DNA of 32,000 bases. Source: Nitrosopumilus maritimus SCM1 (GTDB lineage: Archaea > Thermoproteota > Nitrososphaeria > Nitrososphaerales > Nitrosopumilaceae). Where the stretch lies: the NCBI RefSeq assembly GCF_000018465.1, contig NC_010085.1, positions 1,050,001 to 1,082,000 of the forward strand, read 5' to 3'. The position numbers were made by a program, and so were the translations under genes. Below are positions 25,014-32,000 of this stretch, in pieces (the stretch's first letter is position 1; each line of letters begins with the position of its first letter). The notes beneath the pieces are model-generated. The model was given only the letters and a program-made list of their open reading frames with translations, searched no databases and was not told where the DNA came from.

Positions 25014-26786
25014 ATGTCTCAATACCAGTTAGGAATGTGGAATCTTTCAGAATTAGCAAAAAATCCAAAAAGTTCAGCATTTCAAAAACAGATCAAAGAA
25101 TTAGAAAATCAGGCTGAAAAATTTGAGAAAATTAAATCAAAACTGGACCCAAAAATGTCATCAAAGAAATTCATGGAAATACTTAGTCAAGTAGAAGAAA
25201 TTTCTGAGAAAATGAGTAAAATTGGTGGATATGCATCTCTTTCATATTCTTCAGATACACAATCAGATGAAGCAACATCATTAATGACTAGAATGTCAAA
25301 ATTAGGATCAGACATTTCAAACAAAATATTGTTTTTTGATTTATGGTGGAAAACGCAAGTTGATGAAAAAAATGCAAAGAGATTGATTAAAGATGCAGGA
25401 GAACTCTCAGAATATCTAGCACACAAAAGACTAATTGCAAAATACTCACTCAGTGAACCTGAAGAGAGAATCATTAACACATTAGATGTTACAGGTATTT
25501 CTGCACTTGTAAAATTGTATGACAAGATAACTAATGCATTTGAATACCAAATGAAAATCGGAAACAAAACAAAAAAGATGACAAGAGAAGAATTAACAAA
25601 TTATGTTCGACATACAAATCCAAAAATTCGTGAAACAGCTTACAAAACAATCCTAGGAAAATATAATGAAAACAAAGGTGTTGTTGGAGAAATTTATCAA
25701 AATATTGCACTTAATTGGAAAGATGAAGGAATCGATATTCGAGGCTACAGAACGCCAATTTCTATGAGGAATATTGGAAATGATGTAGATGACAAAACAA
25801 TAGAATCACTACTTCTAGTTTGCAAAAAAAATGCTCCAGTCTTTCAAAAATTCTTTGTGCAAAAAGCAAAGATGCTCAAAATGAAAAAGCTTAGAAGATA
25901 TGACATCTATGCACCTGCTGCTGCAAACATTAAAGAAAAAAATTATTCATACAACAAATCTGTAAAACTAGTTTTTGAATCACTAGGCAAATTTAGTAAC
26001 ACATTAGAAGATTTTGCAAGAAAGGTTTTCAATGAAAATCATATTGACTCAGAAGTAAGACAAGGAAAAAGAGATGGAGCATTTTGTAGTACATTAACAC
26101 CCAAAATCACGCCTTATGTATTGGTCAATTTTACAGGAAAATCAAGAGACGTATTTACATTAGCTCATGAGTTAGGTCACGCGGTCCACAGTCAAGCTGC
26201 ACAAGATAGATCAATTCTAGTCCAAGATGCACCATTACCATTAGCTGAAACAGCATCAACATTTTCTGAATTACTGCTTTATGACAATATTTCAGACAAG
26301 ATTTCAGATGATGAAAAGAAAATAATGTTATCTGAAAAAATTGATGATTTGTATGCAACAATTCTAAGACAATCATTTTTTACAATTTTTGAGATTGATG
26401 CTCATAAACAAATTGGCGAAGGAACAACCATAGATGAAATTTCAAAAACATATTTACAAAATCTCAAACAACAATTTGGAAAATCAGTTGATGTTACAGA
26501 TGACTTTGCAATAGAATGGAGTTGTATCCCACATTTCTATCACACACCATTTTATTGCTATGCATATTCATTTGGAAATCTTCTTGCATTATCATTATTC
26601 CAAAGATACAAAAAAGAAGGTAAAGACTTTGTTCCAGCATACATTGACATTCTTGCAGCAGGGGGTTCAAAAAAACCTGAAAAACTCCTTAAAGAACATG
26701 GATTAGATATACAATCTACCAAGTTTTGGCAAGAAGGTTTTGATTATGTTAACGGACAGGTAAAAGCACTATCATCACTAAACTAG
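25014..26786 (+). CDS. pepF: M3 family oligoendopeptidase F-like metallopeptidase
   Basis: FTLAHELGHAVHSQAAQ (HExGH), downstream ETASTFSELL; full-length 590 aa. Confidence 0.95.
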   Translation: MSQYQLGMWNLSELAKNPKSSAFQKQIKELENQAEKFEKIKSKLDPKMSSKKFMEILSQVEEISEKMSKIGGYASLSYSSDTQSDEATSLMTRMSKLGSDISNKILFFDLWWKTQVDEKNAKRLIKDAGELSEYLAHKRLIAKYSLSEPEERIINTLDVTGISALVKLYDKITNAFEYQMKIGNKTKKMTREELTNYVRHTNPKIRETAYKTILGKYNENKGVVGEIYQNIALNWKDEGIDIRGYRTPISMRNIGNDVDDKTIESLLLVCKKNAPVFQKFFVQKAKMLKMKKLRRYDIYAPAAANIKEKNYSYNKSVKLVFESLGKFSNTLEDFARKVFNENHIDSEVRQGKRDGAFCSTLTPKITPYVLVNFTGKSRDVFTLAHELGHAVHSQAAQDRSILVQDAPLPLAETASTFSELLLYDNISDKISDDEKKIMLSEKIDDLYATILRQSFFTIFEIDAHKQIGEGTTIDEISKTYLQNLKQQFGKSVDVTDDFAIEWSCIPHFYHTPFYCYAYSFGNLLALSLFQRYKKEGKDFVPAYIDILAAGGSKKPEKLLKEHGLDIQSTKFWQEGFDYVNGQVKALSSLN

Positions 26787-26797
26787 ATTTTTAATAA

Positions 26798-26872
26798 ATG
26801 GGGCTGACAGTCCAACGCAAGGACTGCCAGCTTTGTTCCCCGAACGGTTTGAATTCGATGTCAAAACCCCAT
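26798..26872. ncRNA. Candidate structured RNA in the convergent intergenic region
   Basis: ATGGGG(26798-26803)/CCCCAT(26867-26872) outer stem; CTG-A-CAGTCC [AACGCAA] GGACTG-C-CAG hairpin; second hairpin GGTTTGA/TCAAA(A)CC. Confidence 0.4.
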
Positions 26873-26901
26873 CGCAGATTATCTGATTTAAACGTTTGAA
26901 A

Positions 26902-27474
26902 TTATTCCAAGTCTAATTTCTTAGGTTTGATTTTACGTATTGTTCCACCCAAGATTCCAATTGTAATTCCTAATTGATATAAAAAATACAACAACACCTC
27001 AAAGGTACTAGGAGTAAGATCTGTAAATCTACTAATTCCAGTCAATACAAGCAATAACGAACTAAAAAAGAAGACAAATAATTTTACAATTCCATGAAGA
27101 TTTGTGAATTTCAAAATAACAAAAGTCATAACAGTTACAGAAATTGCCAGGACTGTTAGGAATCCAGTATTCATTCCAAAAATAAGAAACAATAATGAAG
27201 CAAGTTCTGCAGGGCTTCCTGCAGAAAGATTTGAAAATTCAATTTTCTCAGGGGATGCAAATCGAGGAACACTCAAAATTGCATTTGCCAAAAACAAAAC
27301 AAACAAAGTAATGGATACTGTTTTTAGATGATTTTGTAGTCGTGGGAATCGAACAAGAATCGCACGGCCTAAAATAATCCCTTGAAATAATCCAACTCCA
27401 AATGCTCCAATTACTGCAAGAATAGAGAAAATTGGATCTTGAAATATATCAACAAGAAATGGGATTAGGGCCAA
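26902..27474 (-). CDS. Multi-TM membrane protein, hypothetical
   Basis: Several hydrophobic segments; intact ORF. Confidence 0.85.
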   Translation of the reverse strand: MALIPFLVDIFQDPIFSILAVIGAFGVGLFQGIILGRAILVRFPRLQNHLKTVSITLFVLFLANAILSVPRFASPEKIEFSNLSAGSPAELASLLFLIFGMNTGFLTVLAISVTVMTFVILKFTNLHGIVKLFVFFFSSLLLVLTGISRFTDLTPSTFEVLLYFLYQLGITIGILGGTIRKIKPKKLDLE

Positions 27475-27621
27475 TACTAGGATAATTTCGTGAAAAATAG
27501 AATATTAGTTAGAAGATGACTAATTTTCGTAAAAAAAATAAAAAAAATTCATCAAAAAATTCTTTGAAAAATAAACAAAATAGGAGTAAAGTTAATAATT
27601 TCATGACTGGAGGGACAACCA

Positions 27622-28767
27622 ATGCAAAAGATACTTTGGATTCTACTACTAGTAGCAGTTGTTGGAATCTCTACAAATTTTGCATATTCACAAGAAATAG
27701 GTTTAGCAACTTTTCAAGAAACGGCTCAAGTGCTAGTAGATAGAAGCATATCTCAAAATGTGACAGCATCTATCACTCTACAAAGTACAAGCATTCAAGA
27801 AATTAGAATTCCTGCAGAATTGGAACAAAAACTAAGAGAAGATGAAATGGTTAAAGCAGTAATTATTACAAATCAAGAACAATGTGTTTTGGGCGTATTT
27901 GATGAATCATGCATAATGATTAATGTGGTGAGAGACCCAACAGCAAAAGGCATTATAGAGATTCAAGATGCAGCCAAAGAAGTTGCAATGCCATACATTG
28001 ATGAGATAAATCAGGTGTTTGATGTAAATTCAAAATTACATTCAGTTTTTGTACATAGTGACGATGCATCCAATGAGGCATTGGAGACATCAGGAGTGAT
28101 TTCAGGCAAGGGAATGATTTCAGTGGTATACACAATGTCACCAGAGGATACTAATGCAATGTATGAAAAAACTTCAGCAATTTTAATTCCAAAAATCATT
28201 AGAGAAAGTGGCGGATTTTATGAAGTTGCAAAAAATCTCTCATTTGAAGAAAATGCAAAGATGACATTTTCTATAATACCTTTAGATTCAAAATCACTTT
28301 TACAGTTAAAATTATCAGTGGATTATCCAAATGAAGCCTCTACAATTTCTGAAGTTAGTCCATTAGATTTGTTAAAAACAAATACAATCAACAGATCAGA
28401 TTATTTTTCCTCAGGATTTTACCCACTTAATTCAATCATTCAAGTAGTAATACTATCACCAGAAGATGAAACCATTTCAAACATTAGAGGAAACATTGTT
28501 CCAACACAAATAATTGATAATGAGAAAATTCCAACAGACATATCAAAGGAAGGATGGGTTTTTGATCCTCAAGAAGGACAAAGAATTCAGGGAATGTATA
28601 TTTTTGGAGAAGAAACTTCAGTTAGCAAAGACAAATTAAAATTTTCATTAGGTGATGCACCACCTATTCAACCAGAATCATCAGATGACTCACTTATAGT
28701 AGTAATAATAATTTCAATAGTTGCAATTGCAGCTGCTTTATTCTATCTTAAAGGATACAAAAGATAA
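27622..28767 (+). CDS. Secreted, C-terminally membrane-anchored hypothetical protein
   Basis: Signal MQKILWILLLVAVVGISTNFAYSQ, C-terminal TM LIVVIIISIVAIAAALFYLKGYKR; ggaggg SD-like upstream. Confidence 0.88.
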   Translation: MQKILWILLLVAVVGISTNFAYSQEIGLATFQETAQVLVDRSISQNVTASITLQSTSIQEIRIPAELEQKLREDEMVKAVIITNQEQCVLGVFDESCIMINVVRDPTAKGIIEIQDAAKEVAMPYIDEINQVFDVNSKLHSVFVHSDDASNEALETSGVISGKGMISVVYTMSPEDTNAMYEKTSAILIPKIIRESGGFYEVAKNLSFEENAKMTFSIIPLDSKSLLQLKLSVDYPNEASTISEVSPLDLLKTNTINRSDYFSSGFYPLNSIIQVVILSPEDETISNIRGNIVPTQIIDNEKIPTDISKEGWVFDPQEGQRIQGMYIFGEETSVSKDKLKFSLGDAPPIQPESSDDSLIVVIIISIVAIAAALFYLKGYKR

Positions 28768-29319
28768 TCATACTAAAAGTACTGCTGCGGCAAAAACAGT
28801 AGTCCATTTACCATCTTTGTCACCACGTGTTTGCTGAGTAATGTTTTGAGTCTTGTAAATTTCTCCAGATATTTTCCATTGTTGTCTTTTTTCATCCCAG
28901 TTCTTATCAACATCAAATGGAATACCTAATGAAGAGGCCAACATTTGTGCTGCAATGTCTTCAGCATAATCACCTGCTTGGGTTTCGGTTTGCCCAAAGG
29001 CTTCGTATTCAGACAAATAACCATATCTGTCTTTGTCCTTAGGTTGTGCGATTCCTACAGATGCAGAACACATTCTATGAGGTTCATTAGTCTGATTCTT
29101 TGAATAAATTGTAAACAAAATCTGCCCAGGTTTGATTTGTTGTAACCCCTCTTTTCTTGAAATTAGTTTTGCCTTTGGTGGAAATATACTGGAAATCAAT
29201 ACTAAGTTGGTACCTGCAATACCGGCATCCCTCAAAGCATATTCAAAACTGGTTAATCTATCTTCATGAATTCCTTTTCCTCTTGTAAGAAATAATTTCT
29301 TTGCAACTAAATCCAGCAT
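28768..29319 (-). CDS. pdaD: Pyruvoyl-dependent arginine decarboxylase
   Basis: KKLFLTRGKGIHEDRLTSFEYALRDAGIAGTNLVLISSIFPPKAKLI ... GYLSEYEAFGQTE; matches the PvlArgDC family. Confidence 0.93.
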   Translation of the reverse strand: MLDLVAKKLFLTRGKGIHEDRLTSFEYALRDAGIAGTNLVLISSIFPPKAKLISRKEGLQQIKPGQILFTIYSKNQTNEPHRMCSASVGIAQPKDKDRYGYLSEYEAFGQTETQAGDYAEDIAAQMLASSLGIPFDVDKNWDEKRQQWKISGEIYKTQNITQQTRGDKDGKWTTVFAAAVLLV

Positions 29320-29406
29320 TTCAAAATTTTAGAAAATGTATTATTATTTAACTTTAATCAAAAAGACATTTTTTCAGAAATGTTAAAGAGTGAAGGTATT
29401 AAGATG

Positions 29407-29649
29407 TTAATCTCGCTTCTTTTTCTTTTTTCTTTTATCAGGAGTTTTTGCTTCTTGTGTTAGCAAGAGAAAGGTGAAAAATGCGCCCAATCCAACATTG
29501 ACAACTCCCATGAATGTAATGAACATGGTTTGGTCAGGTCCAGCGATAGGAGATAAACCAATTATGATACCCAAAGTACCAGTTGCAAAGAACATCATCA
29601 TCAAAACTTTGATTCTAGTGGGTTCAATGTATCTCATAACAGGTATCAA
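29407..29649 (-). CDS. Small 2-TM membrane protein (start maybe MRYIEPTRIK)
   Basis: RIKVLMMMFFATGTLGIIIGL...MFITFMGVVNVGLGAFFTFLLL. Confidence 0.75.
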   Translation of the reverse strand: MIPVMRYIEPTRIKVLMMMFFATGTLGIIIGLSPIAGPDQTMFITFMGVVNVGLGAFFTFLLLTQEAKTPDKRKKKKKRD

Positions 29650-29754
29650 AAAATGGCATTATTATAAACTGACGGTTATGAAATTTCTAGAAAAATCCTT
29701 ACAAAAAGAACACAGGTAACACTTTAAACCTTCAAAAATTTCATTTTACTTCGT

Positions 29755-29829
29755 GCCAATGTAGCTCAGCCTGGCTAGAGCATTCGCCTTGTAAGCGAAA
29801 GGTCATGGGTTCAGATCCCATCATTGGCT
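29755..29829 (+). tRNA. tRNA-Thr (anticodon TGT)
   Basis: 75-nt cloverleaf: GCCAATG...CATTGGC-T acceptor, GCTC/GAGC D-stem, TTCGC-CTTGTAA-GCGAA anticodon arm, ATGGG-TTCAGAT-CCCAT T-arm; upstream TTTAAA. Confidence 0.96.
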
Positions 29830-29877
29830 TTAAAATTTTGAAGTGTAATTTGGCAATACGGTTAATTATACTAGGTT

Positions 29878-30690
29878 TTGGAACAATCTTACATGAGTTT
29901 TGACGATAATGAAATTAATCAAAATGAACATACTCAAAATAAATCAAAATCAAATGGTCTAATAATTGGATTAATCGTTGCAGTAGGGGTTGCAGCATTT
30001 TTTGCAGGAATGTATTTCTCAAATGCAAATTCAGATCAGATTTCACAAGAAGATTTGGATGATGCAATTGCCAAACTTGAGCTCAAAATGTTGCAAAACA
30101 GACTACCTACAAATCAACCATCAGAACCAGTAAAGATTTCAGCAGATGATGATCCAATAATCGGAAATCCAGATGCGCCAATTACAATAATAGAATTTTC
30201 TGATTTTCAATGTCCATTCTGTGCACGATTCCACGTCCAAACACTTCCATTACTTCTTGAGGAATACATTGATCAGGGCAAAGTAAAACTAGTTTTTAGA
30301 GACTTTCCAATACAAAGCATTCATCCAAATGCACTTCCTGCATCAGTAGCAGCAGAATGTGCAAATGAACAAGGACAATTCAAAGCAATGCATGACATGT
30401 TATTTGATAATCAAGGTCAATGGAGTAATCAAGAAACAGTTGATGCATTATCTATGTTTAGCCAATATGCAACTCAGATACAACTAGATCAAGAAACATT
30501 TGATTCTTGTCTTACCAGTGGAAAGTATATTGAAGAAATACGAAAAGATCTTGATGATGGTAGAAGTTACGATGTAACAGGAACTCCAGGATTTTTTGTA
30601 GGAAATGATGAGATAGGTTACGTCGAACTAAAAGGTGCGCAGCCATTTGAAAGTTTCAAGAAAGTTATTGATGCACAATTAGAGGCATAA
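29878..30690 (+). CDS. DsbA-like membrane-anchored thioredoxin-fold protein (CPFC)
   Basis: N-terminal TM; VEFSDFQCPFCARFHVQTLPLL-type motif, FRDFPIQSIHPNALPA, GTPGFFVGN. Close paralog of 213-1010. Confidence 0.95.
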   Translation: MEQSYMSFDDNEINQNEHTQNKSKSNGLIIGLIVAVGVAAFFAGMYFSNANSDQISQEDLDDAIAKLELKMLQNRLPTNQPSEPVKISADDDPIIGNPDAPITIIEFSDFQCPFCARFHVQTLPLLLEEYIDQGKVKLVFRDFPIQSIHPNALPASVAAECANEQGQFKAMHDMLFDNQGQWSNQETVDALSMFSQYATQIQLDQETFDSCLTSGKYIEEIRKDLDDGRSYDVTGTPGFFVGNDEIGYVELKGAQPFESFKKVIDAQLEA

Positions 30691-30740
30691 AAAATAACAA
30701 GCGTTTATTAGACCTAAACTGTGACTTTACGCATCGGAAT

Positions 30741-30773
30741 AATGACGTCTGGCAATGAGCTTTTCGTCATTGC
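30741..30773 (+). promoter_or_regulatory. Competing hairpins in the putative 5' UTR of the DEAD-box helicase gene
   Basis: AATGACG(30741-30747)/CGTCATT(30765-30771) versus GCAATGA(30752-30758)/TCATTGC(30767-30773); share the same 3' arm. Confidence 0.4.
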
Positions 30774-30792
30774 TAAAGAGAAGAAAACAAAA

Positions 30793-32000
30793 TGACAAAA
30801 TTTCAAGAATTAGGATTAAAAGAAGACATACTGAAAGGATTAAACGATCTTGGGTTTGAAGAAGCATTTCCAATTCAAGAAGCAGTAATTCCCGTATTAC
30901 TTACAGGAAGAGATGTTGTAGGGCAAGCACATACAGGCTCTGGTAAGACTGCAGCATTTTCATTATCAATGCTACAAGAGATTCAACCAAAAAATGGCAT
31001 TCAAGGTTTGATCATGGCACCAACAAGAGAGCTTGCAATGCAGATTACAGATGAAATCAAAAAATTTGGAAAATATACAGGAATCAAAGTAGCTACAGTT
31101 TATGGAGGGCAAGGCATGGGACTCCAATTAGATGCTCTGGAAAGAGGAGTAGAGATTGTAGTAGCAACACCAGGTAGATTGATTGACCATCTCAAAAGAG
31201 GTTCTATAGAGCTTAGAGATGTCACACACATTGTTTTGGATGAAGCCGACACAATGTTGGATATGGGATTTATTGATGATATTGGATTCATTTTAGATTT
31301 AGCACCAGAAGATAGAGTAATGTCATTGTTTTCAGCAACAATGCCAACTGAAATTCTCAGATTATCGGAAGAGTATTTGAACAATCCAAAGCAATTCTTG
31401 CTAGATGCAGACGATCTTAGTGGAGAAGGAATTGACCAATCATATTTGGTCATTAAAGACAGAGACAAATTCAAGTATCTAATTGACTTTATCAAACCAA
31501 CAAAAGGCCAAGCCATTGTATTTTGTTCTACAAAGTATAGAACTAGAGATGTTGCAAAATTCCTACATCAAGAAAAATTTGATGCAGTAGCAATAGAAGG
31601 GGACATGTCACAACATAGAAGAGAGCAATCTATGGGAAAATTCCGTAGTGGAAAGGCAGACATTCTAGTAGCAACAGATGTTGCATCAAGAGGTATTGAT
31701 GTTCCTAGAGTAGAATTAGTAATCAATTATGATGTTCCAAATCAGGAAATGGCATATTTCCATAGAATCGGCAGAACTGCAAGAGCAGGAGCAAAAGGTA
31801 AAGCAGTAACATTTGTTTCATATTCGTCTGTAGGGGATTGGAACCTCATCAAACGTCAAATCAAAGTTCCAATCAAAGATTTGAATGAGGAAATGGGAAT
31901 TGAAATTGCAATTCCAGATCCACTAAAAAGACAAATGCCATCAAGAAGATATGGAGGTCAATCAAGATCAAACTATTCTAGAGGGGGTCGTTCTGGAGGA
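30793..32000 (+). CDS. DEAD-box ATP-dependent RNA helicase (truncated by window end)
   Basis: MTKFQELGLKEDILKGLNDLGFEEAFPIQEAVIP...AHTGSGKTAAF...PTRELA...LDEADTMLD...FSATMP...HRIGRTARAG; Gly/Arg/Ser-rich tail begins. Confidence 0.97.

Noticed and set aside
26798-26872. tRNA gene call for the 75-nt element
   Set aside because: Cannot form D-stem, anticodon and T-stem in correct register on either strand.
27516-27743. ORF 27516-27743 (Lys/Asn/Ser-rich)
   Set aside because: Mostly low-complexity A-rich leader and overlaps the strong 27622-28767 gene; no support beyond openness.
23932-29319. ppa, pepF, pdaD and neighbouring membrane protein genes as a special cluster
   Set aside because: Look like ordinary core genes without a shared pathway signal; apart from the items listed they need no special explanation.

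Overview
AT-rich archaeal window. The gene content (Cu-binding/secreted proteins, small Zn-ribbon proteins, pyruvoyl-dependent arginine decarboxylase, leaderless-looking genes) suggests ammonia-oxidising Thaumarchaeota, Nitrosopumilus-like; this is inference. Layout: (1) 1-5 kb: partial Lrp/AsnC regulator, two DsbA-like thioredoxin-fold proteins, two single-TM micropeptides, HTH regulator, NiCoT/HupE-like Ni/Co transporter. (2) 5.1-7.8 kb: metal-handling cluster with a secreted Met/Asn-rich repeat protein, ArsR regulator and CDF transporter. An unlisted 8-Cys metallothionein-like peptide is encoded in the same frame directly after the TAG stop of the Met-rich ORF, and a ~39-nt near-direct repeat flanks the cluster. 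(3) 9.0-12.3 kb: possible defence/repair island with a single-polypeptide DarT-like toxin + DarG-like macrodomain fusion, a TcmP family protein and a divergent Gp37/Gp68 (DUF5131) three-Cys protein. (4) 12.3-20.5 kb: accessory/integrated-element region with a cupredoxin protein, AbrB-like protein, two GIY-YIG proteins around a 2-TM protein, overlapping microprotein operons, a split ParB-like + HTH/MT-A70 adenine methyltransferase operon and a tyrosine recombinase. A 68-nt tandem structured repeat with a compensatory stem change sits beside the methyltransferase gene. (5) 20.6-32 kb: mostly housekeeping/core genes: MdaB-like flavoprotein, DCC + HTTM (vitamin K carboxylase-like) pair, ppa, UBP-type Zn finger, PepF-like M3 peptidase, PdaD, tRNA-Thr(TGT), a third DsbA-like protein and a truncated DEAD-box helicase with competing 5'-UTR hairpins. 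All assignments come from reading sequence and motifs; no database search was run.
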